64,000 nt of DNA, from assembly GCF_006345805.1 (NCBI RefSeq), contig NC_043003.1, positions 89,218,001 through 89,282,000 of the forward strand, given 5' to 3'. This DNA comes from Octopus sinensis. Lineage: Eukaryota. Position 1 is the first letter of the stretch. Each line of letters begins with the position of its first letter. The translations under genes were made by a program, and so were the position numbers. The notes under the pieces were generated by a model. The model saw only the letters and a list, made by a program, of their open reading frames with translations. It had not been told where the DNA came from and searched no databases. This document shows positions 23,179-37,660 of this stretch, piece after piece.

Positions 23179-24549
23179 GGCACAAAGCCTGAAATTTGGT
23201 GGAAGTCTAATAATAATAATACTGAGAATATCTGTATCTTTTTAAAAGCTTTCAAAATGTAAATATTACAACAAACATTTAATGAAATCTTAATTCTCAA
23301 TAGTTGGTCTCCTTTCCCGGAAATATGTAATTGCTACACATAACTAACACCTACAATAAAATGTCCAACTTGATGTTACTTAGGTCTCTGGGTAAAACTT
23401 GGAACAGCTTGTCTGAAGCTAAGCAATGACAACAGTGTAAACAGCAATAACCATAACTTAATAATAATAATTTCTAACACTGGTAGGAGACCAGAATTGG
23501 TGGGGAAAAACTGATTAAATCATCTCCAGTATTCGGCAGGTACGTTATGTTTTATCAATCCCAGAAGGGTATAAAAGGTAAAGTTGACCTTAGCAGGATG
23601 TGAACCTATGATATATTTTGCCATTCACTAATTTCTAAGATAAACATTCAGTACATGAGTGGTGTCTGTTTTATCAACACCAGAAGGTTAAAAGATAGTT
23701 TATTTTGTATATTCCAACTCAGAATGTTATGGACGTAACTAATTACCACAAGGCATTTTGACTGATTATCAATCAATTCTGCTTTCAGAATTTAATATAT
23801 TCTAACAAGCATAGTTCCATTTCTACTGGATAAAACCATATTCTTTGATTGGTTTTAGCTATTAGGCTGTGTTCATGTTGAGGCACCACCTTCAATGTTT
23901 TCAATTGATTATATTGATTCCAGTGTTTGGTCTAGTATCTGTTTTATTGATCTCAAGTGTTATAAGAAGCAGGTCAGCTTCAACATAAAGGAAGCCAACT
24001 TGGTTGGGCTTAAATGAATCTAAGTGTTTTTGGTTTGATGCACCAGCTTTGTTCACCCAATGATGATAGAAACATATACATATGATTGGTTTCCATACAG
24101 TTTCTGCCTACGAAATCTCATTCAACTAATCATTATTATAGTGGCAAGCTGGCATAATCATAAGTTATTGAAGAAAATGCTTGGTGACATTTCCTATGAA
24201 TTTATGTTGAGTTGAAAAGTCAACTTTGCCGTTCATCCTTTCTGGGCTGATAGAATAAAACCAGTTGAAAACAGGTATCAACCTAACCCCTTCCCTTAAA
24301 TTTACTGGCCTTATGCTAAAATTTGAAATTGTTATAAGACGAGCTGGGAGAATCATTAGTACACTGGAGAAAATGCTGAGGCATTTCTTTTCGCTTTTTG
24401 TGTTGTGTGTTCAAATTTCACCAAGGTGACTTTGCTTTTCATCCTTTCAGGGTTAATAAAATAACTACCTGTTAAATACTGTTATCAACTTCCCCCTCCT
24501 GTTATTATTTCTATTATTACTATTCTGCTGCTTTTCACAAATTCCATTT

Positions 24550-24960
24550 TTCTGCATTGTCAATCAACTCCGATTTCCTATTTTTCCTATGACCCATATG
24601 TGTGTCATTGGTCATTTGTTAAACTACTTCATTTCTACAGTTGTCACCTACATCTCTCTCTCTCTCTTATCTTCCCTACTTATCATCCCTCAACATTTGT
24701 TCATCATTATATTCTTCCTCTCACCCCTTCCCTATATCTAATCATCTCATTCTCCCATATCCTCTTCCAACCTCTACCAACCCACATTGCTTGTTCTCCT
24801 GCCACCCACCCACCCACATATTATTGTTATCTCTTTCTGTCCCATCGCAGCTGCTCCCATTCTCTCCTAATTTGAGTAGACATGCAATTCTTCTACCTAC
24901 AGCAAAAAGTCTGTTCTGTTCTGACCCATTTCTCTCATACTTTAGCCCCTCATCTCCTAG
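24550..24960 (+). mobile_element. Highly decayed Penelope-like relic related to 6163-6900
   Basis: Remnant LSINSDF and PTYHP motifs echo the Neptune-like copy. Confidence 0.4.
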
Positions 24961-26564
24961 CAAAAAGCTGCTACTTTCTACTGTAGTCTCACTTAGTTGA
25001 AGGAGATCTTAGGCTTGCAGGCTGCATGGTGGCCTTACTAGTGTCTGTGGCTTGAAAAGGGTGCACAGTATATGGTATAAAGTGGTTGGCCTTAGGAAGG
25101 TAGTCTGGCAGTTGAAAACATGTCAAAGTAGATTTTGGAGTGTAATGTAGTCCTCAGACTTGTTGGAATCTGTCAAACCATCCAACCTATGCCAACATGG
25201 AATATGGACGTTAAATGATGGTGATGTTGATATTATCAACTGGAGATTATGGGAGAAGACATAACTACATTTAAGAAAGAAGAATAATGGAAAAATTTAC
25301 TGTATTTGGAGAAAAAGCATTAAATTTGGTTAGAAATACCTATAAAACCAAATTTATTTTTTTATCTATTTAAATCTAAGGCAAACAATGGAAGAATGAA
25401 AGTTTTTACTGGTTAAAGAAGAAAAATTCAAATTTGTTTCTGTTTTCTTTCTTTTTTTTAAATTTTATTTTTTAGAAATGTGTTTATGAACATGTAAAAA
25501 CTAACACTTTCTTTTTTTCCGAGCTGAAATTTGAAACTGAATCTAAGGATTCTTGTTCGTCTGGCCAAACAGGCACAAGAAAAATTTCTTTGTCCTGTCA
25601 AAAAGTGATGGATGGATTTCCCTTCGATCTATAACCTAAGCTGTGTCATTTAAGGTTCAAGTGGACAGGAGGTGACCTACATAGGTGGAAATTACTCCTG
25701 ACATATGTCTGTCCTTCTAGCTGTCATGACCATTATAAATACTGTCAGACATATGACAGAGGGCCAGATAGCCATCAACCGGCAAACAGTCAAGAGATTG
25801 CAGATAGCCATCACCAGGCGAACAGTCAAGAGACAAGCAGACAGCCAGCAGTTAACTTGCGCCACTCAAGCAGCCAACATAGAACCACATATTCAGCATG
25901 AACAACCCAACACAGTAGCAGTCGCAGAACATAAACAGACACCACTGAATGACCAATGCATACACAGACACAAAACGTGCCCAGTTCTATCTCATCACAT
26001 CAATACAGTATTTCCCGTTTATTTTCAACTTCGCCAACTCAAAGCAAGTTGGTAATGTCATGTAACGGGTTTTCTGGTGTATACAACACTTAAATACAAG
26101 TGTTGATTAAATAAACTATTTAAACCACAATCTGATGCTTTCCCATTGTTTAACTTTGTTGTTGTTCACATGCCTGTTTCATTTCCTACCTCAACATCTT
26201 TTGCTACACCATCCTACTATGAACAGTTTCACTATTTCTTTTTCAAAACATTTAATTTTAACTAAAATACCTCAGAATTAAGGAAGCCAATGGAAAAGTT
26301 TTTAAAAAATGGTTCTGTTGAGTATAAAAACATTTATGGCATGATAATTTCACAGAAATATTTAGAAATTACCAACTGAAGCAATCAGACAAAACTTGAA
26401 CTTGGTCCAGACCTAATTCCTTTGTTATATTATTTCTGTGTGCACTGGTTAAAAACTACCTATAGATATTTCTGCAAATACATAATAGAATTGGTAGTTG
26501 TGCGAGTTTCTTAAAGAGAGTGTGTTGGCGTGTATTTATATCAATGTTTTTTTTATTAACAACT

Positions 26565-26914
26565 GGAGTGGCTGTGTGGTAAGTAGCTTGCTTACCAACC
26601 ACATAGTTCTGGGTTCAGACCCACTGCATGGCACCTTGGGTAAGTGTCTTCTACTATAGCCTTGGGCTGACCAAAGCCTTGTGAGTGGATTTGGTAGATG
26701 GAAACTGAATGAAGCCCATTGTATATATGTATATATATGCACGTTTGTTTATATGTTTGTGTGTCGCTTGACAACCAATGGTGGTGTGTTTACGTACCCG
26801 TAACTTAGTGGTTTGGCAAAAGAGACTGATAGAATAAGTCCTGGGGTTGATTTGCTTGACTAAAGGCAGTGCTCCAGCATGGCCGCAGTCAAATGACTGA
26901 AACAAGTAAAAGAG
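26565..26914 (+). mobile_element. tRNA-derived SINE
   Basis: Collinear with 56716-57112, with A/B boxes and tail 'gcagtcaaatgactgaaacaagtaaaagag'. Confidence 0.85.
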
Positions 26915-28051
26915 TAACTAAATTTCTTCTTGGGGAAAAACATTTCTCAACTGTTCTATTTAATTTCCAAGAATTTCTCTGATTATCAAATCCACTTTAT
27001 GACCAGCTTTATGTTCTCTAAAAAATATCCTTGCAACCGTTAGTGAATTGTGTCCTCCTCAAAGGATTTATCTCTCCCCAGAGTGTTGACTGGTTCTGGA
27101 AATCACAAACCATAAGGAAGGTAAATGAAATAAATCCACAAGGAATTGAACCTCCGTTGCTGATTTGACTCACTGAGAACTTGCTACATTTCACATTGGT
27201 TGATATATGTGGACATAAACAGAACTAGCCACAGTTCAAAAGTAGAAAAAACATCAAATAAATTAAAACATTTTGCTATTAAAAGAATGACATATTTATT
27301 AGCATTTAAAAACCATTTAAATTACTTCATACAGAGTCTTTGACTAATTAGTCACTGGATCTAATAAACACACTATTGTACATAACAATCTGTATTAGAT
27401 TAATTAGATAAATTAGTTGCTCTATGGGACTAGTCATCAAATATTTCAGAATTTGACCTAATTACATTTTATAATTGCTGAAGGATAATTTCTCTCAAGT
27501 TAACTTGCTCTAGATATACTGTTCCATTCCCAAACTCTGCAACAAAAAAATAACAACAGCAAAAAAATAAATAAATCAACATTGATATGTACCCTATTAT
27601 GCAACACAAACTGAAATCCAACTCAATATCAATATAAAAAAACTAAAAAAGGGAATTAATAAAGAAAATAAACCATAAGCAAGAAAAGTGGTAAACGTTT
27701 GTATCTAGCATAAACAAGAAACTAACAGCATCTTTAACACAAATGAATGCATGTCATTATAACAACTTGATATAATATAGCCACATTCTAACAGCCAGGA
27801 GATATCATTTTGAAATATTTTTTGAAAATCAGCTGTTAATAGCCAAAAGAAACATGACCAGAAAATGCAACTTGGATCACTTTTTTCCATCAAACATCAG
27901 AAAGACAATAAGGAAATTTTCAAATCTCAAAAATTTAAGGAGCCAACAAAATCACAAGCATAAACCTAAAATACTTTGGTCCTGAAGGAATCACTATTCT
28001 CCAGCCACTCATGCAAACAACAAAAAATCCATATGAGCCTCCCTCCCTCTG

Positions 28052-28085
<34 letters not shown>

Positions 28086-28269
28086 CACTCTTCTATGTAC
28101 ATTCTCAAACATTTCAGATGTTCATCCTTGTTTTAGCAAACTCATACTTTACCTTCTTCAAATCACAAAATAGAGCCACATCACTATAGTCAATTATCAT
28201 TACCATTACAATAATTATACACCTTATAGGAAAATACATTCTGACTTCAACAACAAGCTTGCACACATC

Positions 28270-28720
28270 ATTTGAACGATGCTTTGACATCAGTAAAGAT
28301 ATTTAACTCCATGTTCTCATTATTCACATGAAATACTGACTAGTAAACTCTCAGTTTGACAAGCCTTTGTTGTAAATAACAAGACACTGGGTCCTCTTCC
28401 AAACTTTTTTAACCCGTAAATGATGAATGATGTAGTTGCATCTTTTGACCACCCCTTAGATACAGCTATACGACTTATTCAATCAACCACATGACCTACA
28501 CAAAAGACAGAAAATGCCAAGGTTTTACATACATTGCCAACACATGTAGAAAACATAGTAAACAAAGTAAAATGGCTCTCAAACATGGAGCTCTCACAGG
28601 CACCACATGAGTTATGCCAATCTTGCTTTTGCTCTGAATCTTTCCCTTACAAACCACAAAGAGTTCAAAACAGTGCACTTCGTACCATTGCAAGCTGCAC
28701 ACAAACCACTTGCACAATGG
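28270..28720 (+). mobile_element. Decayed non-LTR (LINE) RT relic
   Basis: Remnants resembling DISKAF, LGPL(L)F and VQNSALRTIASCT. Confidence 0.45.
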
Positions 28721-29718
28721 AACAAAAATATTGGTACAAGGCCAGCAGGAGGAGAGTATAAGTTGATTACATCAACTCCAGTGCTCAACTGCTTATTTTT
28801 ATTGACACTAGAAGGTCAAGAGTCAAAGTTGAGCTCAGGAATTTGAACTTAGAATATAAAGATGGACAAAGTGTTGCTAAGCATTTTGTCTGGTGTGCTA
28901 ATGATTTTGCTAGCTTGCTACCCTACAATTTCAAGATTGAATACCTCAACTTGCCTTTGAGCAATGTACTTCAATTTCACATTGCTCCAGTTTACTCACC
29001 TATAATGAATACTAACCAGTTTCTTCTACTAGCTTTCACACCCTCAATCTTCTGTTGTGTCGAGAGCTTGTGTGCCACTCCATAAATATCTAAAAGCAGC
29101 TAGCAAAAGTTTAGTCCATATAACTAAGCCATAAAAATGACAGCTGGCTGGAATGTATTGTTTTGTAGAGATATACAGCAACAGTAAGAAGTGAAAAGAA
29201 GCAGCAGCTGTTATGTTCAGGCTAAGTTCATCTTATTTACATTGATTGTGGCCACCACCAGGATCAACAGCCATACAGAAAGTGGTTTCTAAGGCAAGTA
29301 CAACATGATCTGATTGCAACACTTCACCCCTGTTGGATAACGTGTAGTATGATCCTCAACTAGACGAAGGTATGGTATAACAAAATGACAGACTCGTGGA
29401 ACACACCTAATCATTTGTATGACTACCTATGTGGCTACATAAGAGATATAGTAGAATCATAGACAGATTATCTGAGAACATAAGCTTCATTTGTAATAGA
29501 TGCACTGGAGTAGTGTATAAGAGCACACCGGAAATAATGTCTTAAATTGACCAGATGGTTTAATAGAAGTAGTTGATAGCTTTTGATACAAGAGGAGTTG
29601 TTGCTCTGAAAGTATAGTTGCTACAGTAAAAACAGGTTAGAGAAAGTTCAGTGACTGCTACTACTGCTGATGAAAAAGATTTTTCTCTTAGAGTGAAGGG
29701 CAGACTGTATGATATTTG

Positions 29719-32700
29719 TGTTAGAACTGGAAGGCAAGGTTTACGATATCGAGAGAATATCGCCTTCTCCCATTTTATCTTGTTCTTTATGTAGTTCAGG
29801 CAAAGAAAGAAGTCTTTGAGCATAAATGCTATTTACAACTGGTTTATTTACAAGTTTCACAGAACAGGTAAAGTGTGTTGCTCTCAGCAACCATCTTGAG
29901 CTGCATGTGTGGTGTTGTATCTCCATTAGTGCGGGCACATTGCCTCTGGAGATACAGCATGCAGACAGGCCCAGCTAGTGAAGCGTGCTCAGCAAGCGCT
30001 GCTACGTAGAAGCAGAGAGAGTGAATCTATATCTGTTTTGCCCTTATATACAGTTTGCCATCGTGAGCATGGCAAATGGATGCAGGTGAGGTATCGCTCC
30101 AGTCTCAGAGATGGCAATGGCTGCCACGAGATCTCATCCAATATGGCACTGACTAGTGCTGCTACAAGGTCTCCCCCCTGAGTGCAGCAGTACAAAAACA
30201 ATAATTGGAGCAGGCAAAGATGGTAACTGATCACAACCAACAAGATATGGTACAAAAATGTGATAAGTCAAATAGAAAAATAATTGCAAGAATTATAAAT
30301 TGGCATGCACAAAATTTGAAAAAAATGTTCATTGGCAGAGTATTGGAACTGTCCAGTAACACAAGAAAGTGATTGTCTGTCACAGGAGACACAAAAGAGA
30401 TTGTCAGATATAAATAGTTTTAGTGAGTTTTTTAAGCCAATGCACAGTGCATCCAGTCCTGTTGACATAAGGTTTATTCGTGTTAGATAGTGGTGACAAA
30501 AGTGGAGGTGTAGGTGATGGTGTGGTCAAAAGTGGTTGTAAAGGACCAAAGGTGGGCGTCTTTGGCGTGTCATTGAAGGGTGTGAACACTTCAAAATGTG
30601 CCCTTTTAAGTCTGCTCGACCGTTGATGTTGAGACTAAAAGTTTTGGGTGTGCGTGATAGCACATGAAATGGTCCCTTATAAGGAGAAACAATAGGTCCT
30701 CTGACAGAATCATCCTGAACAAAAACATGAGTCTACTTGTTAATGTCCAGTGGGACGTGAGAGGGAATAGATTGGTCACATGGATACATGGGTGGAAGAC
30801 TCGAGAAATAAGAGCGAAGTCTGGTGACATACGATGTTGGATGAGGATGCAATGAATTGTCTGGCACTAACAAGTGTTAGGGTGGTACTGTAAAGGAGTT
30901 CAGCAGAGGAGAAACCTAAGTCTGTTTTAACAGCAGTGCGACAACCAAGAAGAACAATAGGCAGAAATTCTGTCCAAGACTGCGGGTCAGAAGTATCGCG
31001 TAGAGCGGCCTTCAGTTGCCTGTGAAAACGTTCGACTATCCTGTTGGAGGCTGGGTGGTAGCTGGTCATATGAATGTGATGAACCCCTAGGATTCATGAT
31101 AATTTACGAAATAGGGAAGCCTCAAACTGGTGTCCATGATCAGTGGTTATTTTAGTTAGGACACCAAAGCAAGCAATCCACTTAGAAACGAAAGCTTGAG
31201 TAACTGACTCAGCGGAAATGTCCACTATTGCAATGGCCTCTGGCCAATGAGAGAAACAATCGATGCATGTCAATGTGTAAGAGAAACCATGGCTGACAGG
31301 CCATGGTCCAACCAGATCAATGTGGACGTGGCGAAAGCGAGTCTCCATGTGTACAGTGACAAATTTAGTGTACAGGTAGACATTCACCAGGGCTTGGTTC
31401 TCGATCTCCTCCTAATCATCATTGTCCTCAAGGCCATGACAGAGGAATATGCCTGTGGATTTTAGAATGCTGGCATTTTACACAAGAGCATGCCCAATCG
31501 GTGATCATCTGGTGCATATTAGGCCAGAAAAATCGAGCCATAATAAGCTTCACCGAGGAAGTGACGCCAGGATGTGACAATGAATGCAAAGCATCAACAA
31601 CAGAGCACTGGTGGTTCTCAGGTACAAATGGTCTGGGAGAACTAGTAACTGTGTCAAAGAATGGTGCCTTCAGCTATCGTAAGTGGGAGATAGGCAAACT
31701 TGCAACAGGACAACTTGGTAGAAACTAAATCCAATGTGTCCAGAGCTGGCTGATCCTGCGCAATGGCAGTCAAATCGATTGCAGCTGGAGATGAAAGGGA
31801 GCACACAGGAAGATGAGAGTGTGTGTCAGCAGGCACGTTCTCTGTTCCAGGTATGTGCCGAATGCCACTCGTGAACTGGGAAACGTAGTCCAGGTGATGA
31901 AAAGCACGAGGCGAGTGTTTGTCCGATTTAGATGATAGAGCAAACGTAAGAGGCTTGTGATCAGTATAAATCACAAAATCTCAGCCCTTGAGTTCATGTT
32001 GAAAATGACGAGCTGACAGGTAGATTGCCAAGAGCGCACGATCAAACGTACTGGACCGACGTTCAGTTGGCTTTAATTGAAAGAAAAAAATGCCAAAGTT
32101 TTAGTCTGATTGTCTACGGTGTGCTGCAAAACAGCACCAACTGCAGAATCCGATGCATCAACAGTTAAAGAGAGAGGAGCATCGGGAACCAGATGTGCAA
32201 GCAAACGGACAGAAGCTATTTCCTTCTTGATTGACTCAAAAGCAGATAACGCCTCGGCAAGTAATAGGAGAATTCTTTTTTGTATTGGCTTTCAATAGTT
32301 GAGTTAAGGGAAGTAACTTGTCTGCACATTTAGGTATTTATATAATACAAAAATGCTGAATAAAAAGATGGTAGTAATGAAGGTGCTGGCTGGATAGTGA
32401 ACTCTAAAATCTTATCAGCCATGGTAGCTAGTTGATCCATGGTGTTGGTATCAACTGCTGTGGCTAAGATGATTTGCACATTGGGAGGTAGCTGGGAGAA
32501 GAAAAGCTTCTGTAAAAGCGAGTTATCCTCAGTCGTGTCGCTAAGCTCACTGAGATGGCATCCTGTTTCCTAACTCTTCATCTTGCATAAGCTGCTTAAA
32601 CTCAGACTCTGCGGATTTAGTGCTCCGTCGGAGCACCTCGGATTTGACTACCTCGTAAGTCGCATCCGGACGAGGATCAATGATGAGATCCCTGACTGAA

Positions 32701-33887
32701 GTAGCGAGTGGTGCAGGAATGCTACAAAAGAGAAGATTTAATTGTTGCTGCGAAGGTGCAGCATGTGCTGCAAAATATGCCTCCAACTGAGCAAACCAAA
32801 GCGTGACGTCACCAGTGAAAGAGGGAAGATTGGTAAACTCATTTTTCTGGGTTTTTTTCTTTCAGAGGAAAAAAGAAATGGACAAAAAAAACTGACAAAA
32901 AGTGTTGTTGGAAATAGTAGCGTATGTGCTAGAAAAAAGAATTTCAGAACAAAATTTATAGAATTGATTACTGTATGTGCAGACAAGAAAAATTTCGTTG
33001 CCAAACCTATTTTTGTGCTGAAAGAAACAACAACAAAAAAAATGCCAATTGTATGTGTGTACTTGTACTAATAAAATTTTTTTTGTATTTTTTGTTGTCA
33101 GTTGAAAAAGTCGCCAGAAAATGGCGCGTGAGCAGTAAAATTCTATTTCCACGTGGAGCATTTGGCTTGTGAACTGGTAATGTTGTGTTTTACCACGTAA
33201 GGCAATCCAAATATTGCGGAAGACAGGAACGATGGCTGGAAGTTGATGGTTGGCGTGCTAGAAGTTGATGGATGGCTGGAGTTGTGGCCATTGATGTGTT
33301 TATCAGTTGGGAGCAAGTGAAAGCCACCAGTCTGTGATTCGGTTGAGGCATCTATACGATAAAGCTTGCGGCTGCCGAAAATCATTTTTCTACATTGGGG
33401 TCACCATTTTATAACAGAAGGCAAGGTTTACGATATCAGGAGAATATCGCCTTCTCCCATTATATCTTGTTCTTCATGTAGTTCAGGCTCCAGCAGGTGA
33501 AGAAAGAAGTCTTTAAGTACAAAGCAATTTACAACCAGTTTATTTACAAGTTTCACTAAATAGGTGAAGTGTGTTGCTCTCAGCAACCATCTTGAGCTGT
33601 GTGCGTGGTGTTGTATCTCCATTTGTGTGGGCACATTGCCTCTGGAGGTAAAACAGGCAGACAGGCCCAGCCAGTGAAATGTTCTCAGCAAGCGCTGCTA
33701 CGTAGAAGCGGAGAGAGAGAATGAATCTATTTCTGTTTTGCCCTTATATACAGTTTCCCATCGTGACCCACATTGTGATCTCGAGCATGGCAAATGGATG
33801 CAGGTGAGGTATCGCTCCAGTCTCAGAGATGACAATGGCTGCTGCAAGATCTCATCCAATATGGCACTGACTGGTTGTGCCGCTACA
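29719..33887 (-). mobile_element. CsRn1-clade Gypsy LTR retrotransposon, decayed, PR/RT deleted, inserted in an RTE relic
   Basis: LTRs 33407-33887 and 29719-30166; PBS TGGTGACCCCAATGT (tRNA-Trp type, 33390-33406); PPT AGGGGGGAG; gag MEAYFAAH..., RH LTVDASD/YTDHKPL, integrase HIDLVGP, TTD.G.QFE, IVERFHRQLK; flanks continue RTE KGRLYD / SETWA. Confidence 0.9.
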
Positions 33888-34329
33888 GTAGTGAGACATG
33901 GGCTTCAAATGAAGTGGACTTGAGAAGACTGGAAAGAAATGAAGCAAGCAAAGTGTGTAAGTATGGAAGATATAATACAAAAATGCTGAATGAAAAGATG
34001 GTAGTAATGAAGATTTTTGAATTCATTTTTTTTTGTGTAAAGAAATTTTTAAATTCTCTGCTCAATCAATTCTCATGTTTGGGAACTTATTTAAACCCCA
34101 TGTGGTGAAATTTTCCTTAAGTCTTCTAAGATAAATCAACTTATGAGTTTCTTTTGATAAAATGTGCTTTTCTTATTCAATCATTTTATCTTTTTCCCTT
34201 TCATCCCAGTAGCTTTATTGATAGATAATGCCTGATACCTCAGTTCTAGTGTCATGTTACTTTTTCATTATTACTGGGAATGTTTATGAATACATATTTT
34301 TGTTAACATTTTTATAACTCTCCAGGTAG

Positions 34330-35560
34330 AAGTACTACTGATGCTATCTTCTTAGACAGTTGTAGGAAATGTATTTAGCTAAGAATAAATCCTTGTACTT
34401 GGCCTTTTGTTGAGATGAAGAATGCCTTTGACAGAGTACTTTGCTCTGTGATATGGTGGTCTCTGAGGAAGCTAGAGATAGATGATTCGCTTGTGAAAGC
34501 AGTACAGACCATGTACAAGGGTGCTGCCAGTAAGGTAAGAGTTAGCCATGGGTACAGTGACAAATATAGTGTACAGGTAGACATTCACCAGGGTTTGGTT
34601 CTCAATCTCCTCCTAATCATCATTGTCCTCAAGGCCATGACAGAGGAATTTCAGACTTGTTGTCCCTGGGAACTACTATGTGCTGATGATCTTTACCTCA
34701 TAGCAGAATCTTTAACAAAACTACGAAAGAAATTCCAGGAATGGAAGGAAAACCTGGAATTGAAGGGCCTTAAAGTTAACTTAGCAAAGACCAAAGTTCT
34801 AGTGAGCAAGAAAATAGACAAGACTTTCCATCCTTTAGGTAAATGGCCCTGCTCAATATGTAGGAAAGGTATAGGCAGGAATTTCACATGGTGTACCCAG
34901 TGCAAGCTTTGGACATGTGAGGTGAAGTGGAACCACAAGAAGGTTAATGGAGAAAGTAATGTTTGCATGTGGAAGGTTCACAGGAACCATAAAGATTACA
35001 GATACACAGGAGACTGGCTCCCTCAAATGCCCTGGAGGTTTTCTAGAGGTAGTAGATAATTTTTGTTAACTAGGTGATTTAATTAGCAATGGAGAAGGAC
35101 ATTCCAAAAGTGTAGTTAGTCAAATAAGAATAGGATGGAGAAAATTCAGAGAGCTGTTACTTCTGTTGAACGGCAGATTGTATGATGCTTGTGCCCAAAG
35201 AGCAGTGCTGCATGGTAGTGAAACATGGGCCTAAATACAGAGGACATGCAAAGACTAGAGAGAAATGTAGTTGATATCCTCTACTGCGTGTGCTATGTTA
35301 GTGTGCATGTACAACAAAGTTAGGCATAAGAGGAATCAGATGTAGCATGCAAGAGAAGAACATGTTGGTTTGGTCATGTGATACCTATGGATTTATAAAA
35401 AAGTAATGATTGCTTAAAGTGGATGGAACTTGTTGAGAAGGGAAACCTAGGAAGATAAAAGAAGTATTGGAGGTTGATCTCGAGATGCTGAGCTTTACAG
35501 AGATGATAAAGGACCAAGATGATTGGCATTTCACTGTGCTTGAAAAGACCCACCACAGCA
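34330..35560 (+). mobile_element. Decayed RTE LINE
   Basis: MKNAFDRV, CADDLYLIAES, GLKVNLAKTKV, WPCSICRKG. Confidence 0.88.
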
Positions 35561-37039
35561 GAAATGATATCCTAAAACTACCATGATTTATGGTTGTGTG
35601 GAGTTCTGTCCCACCACTCTATCTCTGCCCCATCTTGCATTTCCCCCTTATCTCATCCCTTAATACTCGTCACTTTTCTATCTATGGTACGTCTCATCTG
35701 TAATCATCTGAGAGAAAAATAGGCTCATACTGTATCTCCTCCCTTTTGGGTGCTTTTCTCTCCTTACCCCAGAGCAACTTCCATTTGTCATCTTTAACCA
35801 TCTGTCCTTACACTCTTATGAAACTTCCCTTTCTATCCCTCCCTGCCTATTCACCTTACTCAATCTTTTGTACCACTTCCCTTGTATTCACCCCCCCTCA
35901 CTTCTTCACCACCACCTTTCACTTTTTCTCTCTATCTTTCTCTATAAGTCTTCCCCAACCTCACTCTCTTTCTTTTCTTTTCCAACATTTATCTCCTCTG
36001 CAACAAGACACCTATCTCTAACCCTCTATTATACTTTAACCTCACATTTACTGGTACAAAGCCATATCCTTCAACATTATTCTCCCTCTCAGTTGAGGAA
36101 CCTTTGTTCTGCAAGTCACATGATGCCATGTAAAAAAAAAAACATCCAGTACACTCTATAAAGTGGTTGACATTAGGAAGGGCATCCAGACATAGAAACT
36201 ATGACAAAGCAGATAATAGAGATTGGCACAGTCTCTGGTTTACCAGAACCTGTCAAACCAACCAACCCATTCCAGCATGGAAAATGGATCTTAAATGATG
36301 ATGATGATACAATAGGTTTCTTTAAGTTTTTATCTGTCAAATCCATTCACAAGGCTTTGGGCAGCCAGGGACTAATAGTAGATGACATCTGCTCAGGGTT
36401 TTGTACAGTGGAACTGAACCCGAAACCATGTGGTTAGGACGCAAAGTGTCTTTAAATGGGTACCGTTACACTTATACTTATTTTATCCATCACATGACTT
36501 AACTTCTACATTTTGTTTTCATAAGGGGATGTAACTCAATGCACTCTTTTACACAAACACACACATTTTTAGATATAAATACATACACAAACATTTGAAT
36601 GTCTATATATATGGGTATCTTTATAAAATGCTGTGTTGTTATATGTCCCTCTAATCAAAACGAAAGCAAAACTTAAATATATCAACTGTCTGTCTCACCA
36701 TTATCATCATCATCATTGTATTAAAGTCCACTTTTCTGTGCTTGCAAAGGTGAAACAGAACTTATTGAGGCAAACGTTTTAATGGTTAAATGCACATTCT
36801 TCACTTGTTTCCAAGTAAGGTAATATTTCCCTGTGGTCAGATATGCTTTCACAGAAGGATATAGCTTGTATAACAGTAACACTTTTCTTGTGAGGTTAAG
36901 ACAGAAAGGCACAAACACACACAGACACAGACAGATGCATGTGAACACACACATATATGTTTATTAAACTTTTCTTTGTAAATGTTTAATAAATATGTAC
37001 TCTACTTATAGTAAAGTAAGCATAAATTTTTACATTCTA

Positions 37040-37660
37040 ATGGGGTTTTTTCTTGCACCCTTTGAAAATGAGTCTAGATCAAACTCATATCAGACACTAC
37101 ATACTGTGTGAATTCAAAAGGGGATTTTCAACAATGGAAGTGGTAAGAAATATTCATTCTTTCTGTGAAAATGAAATTTTAAGATTCCAGGCATGCCAAC
37201 GATGGTTTGGCCAGTGTTGCTCAGAAAACTTTTCGCTTCAAGTTTCCTCTCAACCTGAATGACCAAGCTCTGTCTATACTCAGCTTCTAAAAGTTGTAGT
37301 TGAGGAAAATCCAAATTTCAAGAGAATTGGCAGAACAGTTCAATTCAAGCCACACTTTGACAATAAAGCATCTTCATGGACTAGATAAAGTGTCTAAGTT
37401 GGTCAGCAGATCCCTCATTATCTGACTTCTTGACTTAACCAAGAGTTGTCATTGTGGAGCATCCTTACTATCATTCAACTACTCAATTTACTCACACACA
37501 GCATCTTCAGAGCTTTGTCACTAATTCAGTTCTTAAACAAATTGAAAACTGTTGACATTTTTGAAGAGGATTGGTCCTGTAGAAAAAGTTTCATCAAATT
37601 TTGTGGCAGCATTGTAGAAGAGTAAGTAATACCTCCACTCAAGTTTAGGTTGAAATAACT
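37040..37660 (+). mobile_element. Decayed mariner relic (a second relic at ~41770-42050)
   Basis: MSLDQTHIRHYILCEFKRGFSTMEVVRNI...CQRWF N-terminal HTH; the 41770 relic shows SDEK.. and YSPDLAPS.Y.LFR. Confidence 0.7.
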
